A stretch of 64,000 nucleotides of DNA, from the NCBI GenBank assembly GCA_965112735.1, contig OZ218963.1, forward strand, positions 186,001-250,000, in the 5' to 3' direction. How positions within the stretch are numbered: position 1 is the stretch's first letter; each line of letters starts with the position of its first letter. The position numbers and the translations under genes are program-made. Shown piece after piece: positions 1 to 21,800 of the stretch. The notes beneath the pieces are model-generated. The model was not told the DNA's origin, ran no database searches, and saw only the letters and a program-made list of their open reading frames with translations. This DNA is from Phaeosaccion multiseriatum (taxonomy: Eukaryota > Protista > Ochrophyta, other classes).

Positions 1-2526
1 GTGAGCATTGACGCCGACGTGTTCCAGCAAGAGTCCCTGCGGCTGCGGGCGGCGAGGGATGGGTTGGAGTGCGCGGCTTCGGAGTGCGAGCTTCTCGCCA
101 GGGACTTGTGGGACATTGGGAGGGGCAGAGTCGTGGTGGTGCCCTCCTCTGTGGTGGCATACGAGGCCGACGTGTTTGTCAACGTGCCGAGGCCCAGCAG
201 GGACCTCAGCCACACCCCGCCGGCTCGCTACATTGATGCCTTTCCTGCGGCACTGACGTGCTGCCCGCTGCCCAAGGGAAGGGACACATTCAAGTCGTGC
301 TTCGACGACAGCACGTGGCGGGCCGTGAACAGGGTGTTGGGCGGCGTGCCCAGAGCAGCGGGCAAGGGGGAGGAGAGCGTCGCTGTGGCGATGGTTGACG
401 GGCAGGAGCGAGGGCAAGCGCTGACGATGGAAGGCCTGGCGAGGAGCCTGCAGGAGGGGCAATGCTCGGAGGAGGAAAGGCGGCGGCTGGCGGAGTACGC
501 CATCCCTCCCCGCATCCTGCAGAGCGGCAAGACGGGCCTGGTGAGCGGCTACAGCTTCGAGGCGCTGCGAGGGCCCATGGCGTGGATGACCATGCACCCG
601 TGCCACGAGTACGCCTTCCTGGACGACGAGCGCATCCTTGCCTTCATTGGGGAGCACTACCCCCAATTCGAGGGGGTGGTTGGCGCCGTGGCCAACGGAG
701 GAGAGCTGGCGGACTTTGCGCGCTACCTGTTCATGTACCACTTGGGCGGGGTGTATGCGGACCTGGACACGCTGCCGCTGGAGCCTGTGTGGGGTATGTA
801 CACGCCCTCCGACGCCTTCGTGGTGGGGCTGGAGAGCGACTTTGAGTCCGAGGCAAAGTCTCTGGAGTGGGCTTACGCAAGGCCCAAGTCGCTCTCTCTG
901 CACGCCTTCGCGTCCCGCCCCCGCAACGACGTGCTGTGGAAGGTGGTGGAGAGCGTGGCCGACAACATCAAGGACACCACCGATGTGTACAGAGAGATTC
1001 ACAGCCGGCGAAAGGGCGCGTGTCACCACATCGAGACCATCCTCAAGACCGGGCCGGGCGTGTTCACAGATGTTGTGCTTGCGAACACCCAACCCTTTTC
1101 CCCGGTGCAGGTGAAAGTGTTGGGCATCCCCGCCTTCTCCTCTGCCCACTCTCGCGGCCAGGCCTTCTACGAGCTGCAGTCAAAGGCCTCCCTGGAGGGG
1201 TGGACGAGCTTTGTGCAGCACTTCAACAAGGGCACTTGGCTGCGCACATGCGACGGGAACGCCATGAAGTCAATAAAATATGACTTTATCCCCCTCCGAA
1301 GCTTCATGCTCCAGGGGCAGTGGATGGCCGCGCACGCACCCGCAGCCGAGTGGGACGAAGAGGCTGCCCCCGTGTTTGTGTATCCCCCCTGGGATTCGCC
1401 CATGTACCCCCCCTGGGACCCGCCTGGCGGAGAGAGAGAGGGAGAGCAGGCGGGGGCAAGGACTCCTCCTCGTCGTCCTCCTCCACCACCTGTGTTTCTG
1501 CAGCTGGGACGAGATGGTGTGTTGTCAGCAAAGACGGGGCTCGGCCCTAGAGACCCCAAGGGGGCCGACGAGCTCTGGAGCCTGCCCCCTGGGGCGGCGC
1601 AGAGAGTGCTAACTCAATCTGGAAATAAAGGAACTGAAACGGAAACTGCGGGACAGAATAAAGGAACTGAAACGGAAACTGCGGGACAGAGCGTGGTGCT
1701 GCAGCTCCAGGGCGACGGCAATTTCGTCCTTCGGGGTTTCCGAAACGACGCTACAGGTAGCACCTATTGGGATGGCAGTGGATGCAGCGAGCGGGTCGCA
1801 AAGGGTAATGCTCTGTGGGCGTCGCACTCCACCGAGCCGTGGCCGGGCGCCTGGGCCGGGGGTGGTGGGGCGTGTTTGTTCGCCGTGCTGCGGCCTCAGG
1901 ACGGGAGATTGGCTCTGTACGCGGGGCACGAGCCCGTGGGTAGCGGGGGGATGTGGCCAGGGCCGGGCAGGCGAGCCGCTTGGTGGCAGGGTTGTGTGGA
2001 GAGAGGTGCCGGAGAGATGCAGCCGGGGGACTGGCTTAGCCCCGGCAGCTTCCTCTTCATCAGTTCAACCTCGGGTACAGCAGTTGGTGGTACAGTGGTC
2101 GGTGGTGTCGCGCTCTATCAGCACAAGGAGGGGCCTCTGTGTGCCTACCGAGGCCTCAGCAAGGGGGAGCTTGTGAGGGCGGAGAGAGGCGTAGGCGGGG
2201 GGCTGAAAGGGGCCGTGTGGTGCAACGACGGAGGAGACACAGATGGCGGAAGGGGAGGGGGAGGGGAGAGCAACAAGTTGAAGTTGCACTTCACCGTTCT
2301 GCAGGCCGATGGACAGCTTTGCACCCGCGAGGGCAGAGGGCCTCAGGACGCGAAGGAGGGAGAGAAGGGGCGATGCCTGCAGGGGGGGGAGGGTGTGAGC
2401 ATGCGTCAGCTGCAGCGCTTGGAGCTGGGCTTCTCCGGGGGCGAGAAGGAAGGGCAGCAGTTGGTGATTCAGCTGCAGTGGCTTGACAGCCGAGGGAAGG
2501 TCCTGCACAGCCTGCCGCTCGGGTGA
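1..2526 (+). CDS. GT32/Och1-like glycosyltransferase with C-terminal bulb-type (B-) lectin-like repeats; 5'-partial
   Basis: IPPRILQS...ADFARYLFMYHLGGVYADLD (GT32 DxD signature) and TGPGVFTD. C-terminal LQGDGNFVL, PQDGRLALY and LQADGQLC resemble B-lectin QxDxNxVxY repeats. The ORF is open at the window edge; TGA at 2524-2526. Confidence 0.75.
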   Translation: MSIDADVFQQESLRLRAARDGLECAASECELLARDLWDIGRGRVVVVPSSVVAYEADVFVNVPRPSRDLSHTPPARYIDAFPAALTCCPLPKGRDTFKSCFDDSTWRAVNRVLGGVPRAAGKGEESVAVAMVDGQERGQALTMEGLARSLQEGQCSEEERRRLAEYAIPPRILQSGKTGLVSGYSFEALRGPMAWMTMHPCHEYAFLDDERILAFIGEHYPQFEGVVGAVANGGELADFARYLFMYHLGGVYADLDTLPLEPVWGMYTPSDAFVVGLESDFESEAKSLEWAYARPKSLSLHAFASRPRNDVLWKVVESVADNIKDTTDVYREIHSRRKGACHHIETILKTGPGVFTDVVLANTQPFSPVQVKVLGIPAFSSAHSRGQAFYELQSKASLEGWTSFVQHFNKGTWLRTCDGNAMKSIKYDFIPLRSFMLQGQWMAAHAPAAEWDEEAAPVFVYPPWDSPMYPPWDPPGGEREGEQAGARTPPRRPPPPPVFLQLGRDGVLSAKTGLGPRDPKGADELWSLPPGAAQRVLTQSGNKGTETETAGQNKGTETETAGQSVVLQLQGDGNFVLRGFRNDATGSTYWDGSGCSERVAKGNALWASHSTEPWPGAWAGGGGACLFAVLRPQDGRLALYAGHEPVGSGGMWPGPGRRAAWWQGCVERGAGEMQPGDWLSPGSFLFISSTSGTAVGGTVVGGVALYQHKEGPLCAYRGLSKGELVRAERGVGGGLKGAVWCNDGGDTDGGRGGGGESNKLKLHFTVLQADGQLCTREGRGPQDAKEGEKGRCLQGGEGVSMRQLQRLELGFSGGEKEGQQLVIQLQWLDSRGKVLHSLPLG

Positions 2527-3295
2527 GGGGATGTAAACTGATAGAGCAGTTGGTGATACGCAGCCTGTCGACAGGGGGACAGCGTGCGATGTAGCCGTTG
2601 GTGATACACTGAGGGTTATCTTGTTGTCCCAGGAGCTCTACTTGCAGCACACAGACGCCCTGCCCTAGCCACAAAGTAAGGCGAGACCTTTAGTGGGGGG
2701 TTACTTGGTCGGGCTATACCATCCGCTGCCATCCCGTGGGTGGGGTGGAGGTGTACATATATGCTTGAGGCTGTTCGTAGCGGTGAGACTTACACATGAT
2801 GATACTGACAATGGTACCCTTAAAGAAGTTCTTCTTCTTTCCCCTTTCTATGTCCATGACACTACACCACACACCACAGCTCTTTCTGTGCGTACTTGCA
2901 AGGAGTCCTGACCCAGACTGACAGTTTCATCAGTTTCAGCCTCAGCTTCATTATCTTCATTTTCCCGGCCATCAGCAGCCTTGCTCAACCGCATTAATGG
3001 TGTTCGGTAGTGGTAAGATCACATAATCCACATACACTGAAACTGAAAACGGAAAACAAAAAAAACGTTGAGAGATTTGGGTGTACATTCTTGGTGGTGC
3101 ATGGGTCATTGCCATCTGTGACGTGTCTCCTCCTGCCGCGCAGATGGAGTGATCTCTTCAGTTTCAGTTTCAGGTTCAGATTGTTGACCTCCAAGATCAA
3201 TATCGAACATGTACACAGTCCTCTCCTCCTCACGCGTGAGAGTGGAGGTACATGCAGTCAGTCGTAACCGTCGTAACCGTCGTAACCGTCGTCAG

Positions 3296-12404
<9,109 letters not shown>

Positions 12405-12658
12405 ATGAAGCCTCCGTAATAAAGGGGGGGAAAAAGAAAAAAGTGGAGTGAGTATTGAGTGAGGAGAAGTCAATGAAATCGATATCCTCGACTTTCTCCA
12501 TCTCCACTCCCCAAAACCTCAAATCCTGGAGGTGTAGAGAAGAAAAGAACAACAAGAGCAGGCAACCAGAGCAAAACAAGAACAAGGCTTCCTTCCCAGC
12601 TGATGCGCGTGATTGGGTTATAGGGAGAACCTGTATGACGATTGTGGAGAGATGAAGG

Positions 12659-14413
12659 ATGGAGAAGGAAGGGAAAAAGGCAAGAGGCGAAGGTGTAATA
12701 GGGCATAGCCCACGGTCAGATCAGGCCACTTGTCCGCCCAGTAGTCCTGAGGAGAGTGAGGAATGTGCGGAGCGGTCGCAGCAGCCCCGGCAGAACGGCG
12801 AGGAGGGGGAGGAGTCGCAGAACGGGGAGACAGCTCTGGGCGAGAGGGTAGGGACGGTTGGAGGAGGACAAAGTCCCGCTGCTGATTCCGCCACTGGTGA
12901 TGGTACCCCGCAGCAGAAGGAGGAGGGGAAGGAGGAGAAGGGGGAGGGGAAGGATGCTTCCGGCCAACACGCGCAGCAGGCGGGACACGGGCAGGAAGGA
13001 GACGTAGTGGGGCAAGGGGGGGTGGTGCAGCAAACGGCAGCAGATGGGCGGGTGCAGGGCGGTAGACAACAGCAGGGGCAGGAGGGCGAGCAGGGCGCCC
13101 ACCAACTGCGCCCGCAGAGTGAGCTGTCGCAGCCAGCGCGACAACAAGCAGAGGAGCAGCAGCCGCAGCAGCCGCAGCAGGCACGCGCAAGTGCTCTACA
13201 GGCCCCCGGGGGGGAATCGCATGCATCTGAGCAGGGAGGGGCACCCCCGGATCGCAAGCAGCACCAGCAGGAGCAGGAGCAGCAGCAGCAGAAACAGCAG
13301 CAGCAGCAGGAACAGCAGCCACAGCAGCAGCCACAAGTGCAGCAGCCAGCTTTGGAAGTACAGCAGCCCCCTCCGCAGCTGCGCCTGGACCCGCTCCGCA
13401 CCCCCCTCTATCCTCGCCAGCACCTGCACCAGCAGCCGCACTCTCATGAATTGGTCGCACAGGAGGAGCAGTTGGCGGCACAGCAGCCTCGCCAGCCGTC
13501 TCAGCTGCTACCACCCCACGACCTCGCCCATGCCCAGATGGGCACCGCCAGCCCCCTGCAGCTTCAGCTCCTCCCCGGGGCGGATGGTAGAGACAGCAGC
13601 AGACAGGCCAAGCGACAGAGACCGCATCTGCCCGCAGGGGGCTCTGCGGCGAGTGCGAGTCCCGGGGGGCAGGGGGGGGCGAGTCCCGAGGGGGCTGTTC
13701 GCTGGGTAAAGCTGAAGCAACACTCGCCAGCCCCGGCCGCGTCAGAGAGAGGGACAGGGACAGGGGATGGCAGTGGAGGGGCAGGGCGGCTGTCGCGCTT
13801 CACAGGCACTTACTTCGTGCCGCAGAGGGTACGAACTTTGGGGGGGGAGGGGTGCGAGTGTCAGGACAGTGGGTCTGGGTGGGTGTGGGTGTCAAGGGGT
13901 ATGAGTGTGCGTGAGTGGGTGTGAGTGGGTGTGTGTGTGTGTGTGCGTGGGTGGATGTGAGTACATGCGGGCGGATCGAGTGGGTATGAGTGAGCAGTGG
14001 CTCGCGCTCCCTGCCTCGCCCGACACTTTGCTGACGTCCGCTCCTCTCCTCTCCTCTCCCCTCCCCTCCCTAACCCTCACCCTTCCTCCCTCCCTCCCTC
14101 CCTCCCTCCCTCCTCCCTCGCCCCCCTGCTGGATGCTGGATGGTGACATATGGCGCAGGGCAAGTGGCTTGCTCGCATTGGGTTGGGCGGGAAGAGGGTG
14201 GAGCTCGGCATGTTCGACACAGAGGAGGAGGCCGCCAGAGTTTACGACAACAGAGGTGAGGGGTGTCAGGACAGAGGGGTGAGGGGTGTCAGGACAGAGG
14301 GGTGAGGGGTGTCAGGACAGAGGGGTGAGGGGTGTCAGGACAGAGGGGGGTGAGGGGTGTCCTTGCTTTTGCTGTGCGTTACTGTGTGTGTGTGCTGAAA
14401 CTCAACATTTACG

Positions 14414-14459
<46 letters not shown>

Positions 14460-14681
14460 TGTGACTTGGTAGCCATCGCGTTCCTTGGTCTGCAAGCCGG
14501 GGTGAACTTCCCCGCCTCTCTACTCGTGGACACGGCAGGGGCAGATGCAGCGGCATTGCATGGGGCAAGGGCAGGCCACAGGCCGAGGGTGATGAGAGTG
14601 AGAGACGCAATGGGGAGAGAGAGAGACTACGTGTCGGCCAGCCCTCAAGCCAACGAGCAGCACCAGCAGCAGTTGGTGATA

Positions 14682-14723
<42 letters not shown>

Positions 14724-16745
14724 TCAGTCCGAGGCAAGGACCGAGAGAGAGCCCGGGGGGGGCACAAGCGGGTGAGAGAAGCCTCACAGGTGGCGCAAAA
14801 GCCGGTGAGTACTCTACCCAGGCCGGGCATATGCAGCGGGTGAGCGGTGGCACCTTTCTCGGACGGGTCTGGTATATCTGCCTGTCTGTCTGTCTGTCTA
14901 TCTTGTGTATCTGTCTGTCTGTTTGCCTGTCTGTTTGCCTGTCTGTTTGCCTGTCTGTTCGCCTGTCTGTTTGCCCGTCTGCCTGTCTGCCTGCCTGTCT
15001 GTCTGTCTGTCTGTCTGTCTGCCTGCCTGTCTGTCTTGTGTATCTGTCTGTCTGCCTGTCTGCATGCCTGTCTGTCTGCTCTGTATGTCTGTACGCCTGT
15101 CTGTCCGTCTGGCTGCCTGCCTGTCTGTCTACTTGTCTGTTTGTTTGCCTCTCCTACCAGCCACTGCCATCCTCCTTCCGCGGAGCCTTCTGCTTTCACA
15201 TGCCTCACACACTCAAAGCGCCCCCCCCCCTCAGCCTCCCTGACACCTTAGCCACCCACCCATATGCCTCCACCCCTCTCAACCATCGACTGCCATCCCC
15301 CCCCCCCCCCTTGCCCTTCTCAGCCGCAGGCCTATCGCCCGCCTCCGTACTATGCCAACGCCCGCTCTGCCGTGGCGCAGTGCTTCACAGCTGGCGACTG
15401 CGAGGCGGTGGAGTGTGCACTGGTGCACCAACTGACCTGCGTGTACGACATCTGCTTCCCAAAGGTGGGCTGACTGACTGGGGGGGGGGGGGGGGGTCCC
15501 TTCTCACCGTCTACTGTCCCTCATTCCCTCTCTCTCTCTCTCCGTCCCTCCGTCCGTCCGTCCGTCACTCCCTCCCACTGCCATCAATCCGTCTCTCCCT
15601 CCTCACCCCATGCCCATCTACTGCCATCCCCCCTCCCCTCGCCCTCTAGGCCGGAACCCTCGGCCTCAACTTGAAGGCCCTCGATATCCCCCGGGCGGCC
15701 GGCGCCGGGCGAGCGAGGTATGGACAGGGGCGCCTTCAACTGCCATCCACCTCCCTCTCCTCCCCACCCCCCTCCCCCTCTGCACCGGGCTGTCTACTTG
15801 TGCTGGAAGCGCAAACTGACCTACTGCGACCAGTGGTGCAGCCGGGTCACATACTAATCTCCGTGAATGACCAACCGCTCTACGGGCCCGACTTCAACTT
15901 CGTCGAGGCCATTCAGTTGTGCTCACAGACGCCCCCCCCGAGGTGAGTGGCCATTCAAGGAGCCCTTTCGCCCTCCTCTACCCGTCTAGCACCTCCCTCC
16001 CTCCCTCCCTTCCTCCCTTCCTCCCTCCCTCCCTCCCTTCCTCCCTCCCTCCCTCCCTCCCTCCCTCCCTCCCCTGCCTACCTCTCTCCCTCCCTCCGTC
16101 CCTCCCTCCCTCCCTTCCTCCCTCCCTCTCTCGCTTCCTCCCTCCCTCTCTCTCCCTCCCTCTAGCCCGATGCTTTACTGACTTACTGACTGGCCTGATA
16201 CCTTGCTGTTCCTGACGCGCTTCCTCACCCCTCCCCTCTCCCCATCCACTGCCATCCCCCGCGCCCCCCTCAGACGGCTACGCTTCCTCCAGACGAGCGC
16301 CCTTAGTCCGTTGGTGCTACGCCTCGCCACGGAGGAGACCCGCCCCAGTGCAGTTCTAAGGGTCATGAGTAGGCATACGGGTAATCACATGGTCAGCGGC
16401 AGTTACATGGGTAGTCGGAGTCGGATGGGCGGCGGCGCCGATGGGCAACAATCACAGTTGGCGCTGTACACAGTGGAGCTGCAGCCCGACGCGCCGCCCT
16501 ACTTGCACCTCAGTGTGCCTCCTACACCACCGCCATCTGTGAAGAACGGGGGAGGTGGCAGTGGATGGGGAGGGGCAGAGGGCATGGGGATGGCAGTGGA
16601 TGGGGAGGAGGGGGATGGGGGGGATGGCAGTAGAAGTAGGAGAATGGGCAGCAGCAGCGGCAGCGGCAGGCATATGGACGGCCGGCGGGAGGGCGATCCG
16701 GGGGGGGGCAGGGAAGCCAGCAGACACCACCACCACCACCACCAC

Positions 16746-16782
<37 letters not shown>

Positions 16783-17012
16783 TGGCGATGCAGCAGCAGA
16801 CGGGGCACAGAGAAGCGCAGCAGGCGGCGTTACAGCAGCAGCAGGTGAGCACATTGGGGATGTATCGATCGCCACGGCGTCTGTCGTCGTCCTCTGTGAG
16901 ACACAGTGAATGACTGTGCTGCCATTGTTATGAGGCACACATTTACATTGTACCCCTTCAGGCCAGCCGTAAGTCTGTATCGCCAACTCGCCAACTGTGT
17001 ACGGCCAATTGC

Positions 17013-17044
<32 letters not shown>

Positions 17045-17749
17045 GTCTAGAGAGTAGAGGATCCTTCCAATTTGTCCCATGTCCGACACCCCCCTTCACT
17101 GCTTTTGCCCCTGCTTGCTTGCTTCTAACCATTTCCAACCCTGCGGACCGCCTACATCAGCAGCAGCAGCAGCAGCAGCTAAGGCAACAGCAGCACCTCT
17201 ACTCCCAGCAGCAGCACCATCAACAGCAGCAGCGGCTGCTCCAGATCCAGCGCCAGCAGCAGGAGCAGCAGTTGGTGATACAGCAGCAGGTAGGGCCCTG
17301 TACGTCATGGTCATGGGGGGGAGGGAGGCAAAGGCCTCTCAAAGGCCTTTCCTTACCGATGATAAAAGAGCGGCATCGGCTCACAAGCCCTCCTTTATTG
17401 GCGATAGACTGGCGATAGACTGGCGATAGCGGCGTAGGCACACACGCCCTCTGTCTGTCTGTCGCTCTCCCTCTCTCCTCTGCTGAGTTGCCATCTCCCC
17501 GCCTCCCGTGTTGTGTGCATCTGTGCGTCCGTCTATCCCGTGTTGTTCGTGCCCCGACAACAGGCGAGAAGCCAAACTGGGCTGGCCCCCGTGGTGATGC
17601 AGCCGCAGCAGTTGGTGATACAGCCGCAGCAGCACGCTTCTCTGGGCCCGCTGGTCCACATGGGGCCCCAGCAACAGCAGTTGGCAATACAGCAGCAGTT
17701 GGCGATGCAGCAGCAGCCGCCGCCGCTGGGCATCTCTCCAGGCCCCTGA
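12659..17749 (+). CDS. AP2/ERF-domain and PDZ-like-domain protein, Gln-rich, multi-exon
   Basis: AP2 domain split over three exons: SRFTGTYFVPQR | GKWLARIGLGGKRVELGMFDTEEEAARVYDNR | AIAFLGLQAGVNFP. PDZ-like segment: YDICFPK|AGTLGLNL...VQPGHILISVNDQPL. The 3' exon structure is less certain. Confidence 0.7.
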
Positions 17750-18158
17750 CCCTCCCCTGATAACCCGACAGTGGGGTGATGTCGAGGCAATGTCAAGGTG
17801 GTGCGGAGGAATGTCGAGGTCATGCCGAGCCCGTGACGTCATTGGAACTGAGCTGCGCTGGTCCAGTGACAATGTGCTGCTCCGGCACCGTATCACCAAC
17901 TTGGCAAGAGGCCCTCAAGACACCACCAGAGTCTCTCTCAGCAAAGCCCTTGCGGAGTGCCCTGGCGGGAGAGACGAGGGAGGCGAGGAGGCACACCAGG
18001 CACAAGCACCGGCACCAGCACCAGCACCAGCAGGAGGAGGAGGAGGAGGAGGAGGAGGAGGAGGAGGAGGAGGGGGCTGCCCCTCAGCCCGCCCCGCTCT
18101 TTTGTGCCCCCCTCCTTGCAGGGGCGAGGTAAAGCCCTCCTTGCAGGGGCGAGGTGCC

Positions 18159-18209
<51 letters not shown>

Positions 18210-18598
18210 CTCTGGCCTGTCGTAGGAGTAGAAGGGCGAAGGGCGGCAGCTGCTTGGCCCTCTCTGTCTCTCTGTGTGACGAGAAGGGATTTCTCTCTCT
18301 CTCTCTGATCTGATGTACGTGGCCGGCACTTGAGCAGGGCAACATCAGCCTCAGAAGAGCGGCAGGTACCTCTCTCTCTTCCACCTCATCTGTTGTGTGT
18401 ACTTCCGAAGCACCACATCATCATGTCCATCATCATCATCACCACCGTCGTCGCCACAAGGCACACTGAAGTAAAAGTAGCCGTATCGTAACCGTAACGT
18501 AACCGTAACGTAACCGTAAGCAGCATGGCACTACTAGTGCACTCCAATGACATAACACCATTGGCACCACAGCGATCCTCAGCCATCCTCAGCGATCC

Positions 18599-21491
18599 TC
18601 AGAAGGGCGCGTTCCTGTCCCTGATCTGTATCTCTCTCCTTAGTGTAACCGCCTCCTTCAACAGCCTGTCCGCCCCTGGGGAGACAGGTCTTAGGCGTCC
18701 CTCCCTGCCCCCTCCAAGACGGTACTGGGTGACAGGACCCAGAGGCTGCTTCCCCAGGGGGCGGCGGCCGAATTTCAGGCAGTGCACGCGGTGGAAGAGA
18801 AGGAAGGACTCGCGAGGAGATTGGCACTGGTCACGCACACATCGCTGGGGAGGACGAGGGGGGTGGTGGGGTGGGTGGGTGAGAGGGTGGGACAGGCGAC
18901 CGACCGAAAGAGTCGAGAAAGTTCAAGTCCGGGAAATATATATATATATGGGTAGGGCTCCTCGCTCGGAAGGTAAGATAGGAACGGGAACGGACAAGAC
19001 GGACACAACGGACACGGCTGAAGTATGGAGTGAGAGCACTCACTCCGTGCTAACGCAATACAGACACCCGCCACATACCGCTGCTCGCTTTTTTGCGTGT
19101 TGGTCATACGCTTAGCGTCCGACTTGTCGACAACGCTAGAGCAAATCAGACCAAAGGCAAATGATATATAATAGCAGAGGCATACGGACATATCGTTCCT
19201 CCTTACCTGGCACACCCGATTGCTGCACTCCATGCAGCAAAGGAGAGCAACGGCTTCCTTGCACACCACGCACGCGCCCGCAGGCTCCTCAGGAATGGGG
19301 TAGGACCTCTGAAGCTGCTCTCTCCTCTCGCGAGCGTGAGGGAACTTTATGTCTTCGTAGGCCTCCAGCGTGATCTCCCCCGCAAGGTATTGCTCTGCGG
19401 GGGTGAGTTGGACCTGGAGGGATGGAGGGAGGGATGGAGGGAGGGGTGGAGGGAGGGGTGGTTACGTGAGGCAAGTAGAGGAAGTAGAAGAGTACAGCTT
19501 TGGTTTAGCATGGAAGTATACGGGAGAGATGACGGGGGAGGGGCTGCCCTCTTAAACGAAGAGGAAGGGGAAGAGAAGAGCTGTGGTTTCCTCCTCCCCC
19601 TCCCTCCATCAATCCTCCATCCTCCTCCCCTCCCCTCCCCTCCCCTCCCCTCCCCTCCCCTCCCCTCCCCTCCCCTCCCCTCTCCACTCCTGTTGGGCAA
19701 GCACAAGCACAAGCACCAGCACCACGACCGGGCCTCACCTTCCGTGCCCTCTCCAATAAGTAGGCGTGCTCCATCTGCTGCTCGGCGGGCATGCGCGCAT
19801 GGACTGCCCTCTTGAGGCGCGTCAGACTCAGCGTCATGAGGTCAGACAGCTCCGTCAGGTGTATATCTCCGCGAGTGAAACCGTCGGCCACTTGGCGGGT
19901 GAGGGTGGCTCGTCCGGTAAAGCGAGCGACGGCGGTTCGGCCCGGGGTGGGGGGCAGGTGAGTCCACGCCTTCTCGCGGCAGTGGAGGCTGTGGAGGGGG
20001 GCGGGGGGGGAGTGGGGAAGGGAAGCCCGATCAGAAGCTCGGCACCAAGACGCCCTCGGCACCAAGACGCAGCTGAGCCGAGGTGGCACTAAGGTGAGCA
20101 CGAAGCGAACTGCACGTCCAACAACTACACGTCCAACAACTACACGTCCAAGTCCAACTCGAAAGGAAGGTCGAGGGCAAGCGAACGAACGAAGGGCAAA
20201 CTCAAACTCACACAGCACACACACACACACACACTCCAACTCACACAAGGGTGGGGCCGAATCCCACGTAGTCGAGGAGCTCAAGAGAGGCGAACTTGTG
20301 GAAGGCCTGAAACAGCTGTCGACCGTCCGACACCTCCACGTTGATGGGGTAGGGCTCAGCGGGCAGCTTGTACTGCAGGAAGAAGAGGGTGGGCGCTTTG
20401 AGGGGATTCTGGAATTTGTGTTTGAGTCTGTTGTACACGGCCCTGCCCTCTGCCGCACCCCCCTGGAACTCGCCCACTCGGAGGTTCTCGAGCTCGAAGG
20501 TTACCGAGTTGCCGTGTTTGTCCGGGGTGGCGAGCCAGATATGCCAGTCTTGAATACGGGCTCTAAGAGGAGGGGGGCCAAGCAGGCAGGAAGGCAAGCA
20601 GGGAAGGACAGAGGGAGGGACGGAGGGAGGGAGGGAGAGAAGGACTCGTTGGGTGTTCAGGCGCGGGGGATGAGTGGGAGGGAAGGAAAGGGTTCGGGTT
20701 CGTTGCAGGGCCCCGTGGTAGAGACAAGTGGTGCGAGTCGCGCGAGAGTGGCCCGTATATGGCACTGGCCGCCTCTGCCTGTGTCTTCCCGTCTCTCGCT
20801 CGCCCTCCCTCTCCCCCGCGCTCTGCCCTCGCTCACACGTCGGAGTGATAAGTATTGTTCGCTACTTTCTTCGACGAGCGGTGGGAGGCGTTGAGGTGTT
20901 GAGGTGCTGAGTGGATTGCCTCGTCTGATCGTGCGTGTCTGATGGGCCAGGTGGGAGGAGTGGCATCCAATCGAGGGTTTCTCTTGTCCCCCCATACACT
21001 ACTATACTTATCTCATCGAACGTGTTTGCCGCCCCCAAACCCCGTGCCTGGCCATACCACAGTGGCACGGTGGTCTCTCTCTTGGGGGAAAATCACCACC
21101 TTCTCACCTTATTTCGGCCTTTTCGTGGGTGCCAAGCTCTGTCTCCCTCTGCTTCTCACGCTGCAACCTGGTTGTGAGTGAGCGAGAGAAGAAAGCGTTA
21201 AGATTCATTGACGGACTGCTGCTCTTCCTTGCATCCGCGGCTATTAACATCACAGCCGCGAAGAGCGAAGTGAGAAAGTGAAGCTGGCCCAGCGACCAGG
21301 CCGAGTGGATACACCGAGCGACAACAGAGGGAGCTTAAAAATGGACTCCTCCTCATGTTGCGGGATGGCAGTAATTGCATTGCGGGATGGCAGTATTTAG
21401 GCAAACGAACAGCACCAACCCACCTTGCCTCCTTCGTCCGCCTCTGTTGCTCCTCCGCATTTGGAGCCTTCTTAGGGATGAGCTGCACCAT
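18599..21491 (-). CDS. Uncharacterised multi-exon protein with C-terminal Cys-rich Zn-finger-like motif
   Basis: Non-repetitive open segments bounded by GT/AG: ~21423-21491, ~20930-21075, ~20260-20555, ~19740-19985, ~19205-19415 (CVVCKEAVALLCCMECSNRVCQ) and ~18599-18845 (FLLFHRVHCLKFG). I recognised no family. Confidence 0.5.
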
Positions 21492-21800
21492 CTCCCCTGA
21501 AAGTCAAGGCGAGTCGTCTGAAGGTGAAGAAAGGGAAGAGAACATCAGCTTCCTTCGCCCTAAGGAGCTCCTCGCTGCGCGCAGGTCTTCGTTGTGCATG
21601 ACGAGAAGCCCACTACGAAAGCCAAGACGCTCTGTGAGGGCAAGATAAATAAAGGCGCCAGAATATTGATCGGGGCAAAGACGAAAGACAAAACGCCACG
21701 AATGGCAGCTGATGGCACCCTCGCTATCCTTTCCCTGCCTTCCTCTTGATCCTCTTCTTCAAATCATTCGAGCAAACCAGCAAGCAAGCGACAGAAGAAA

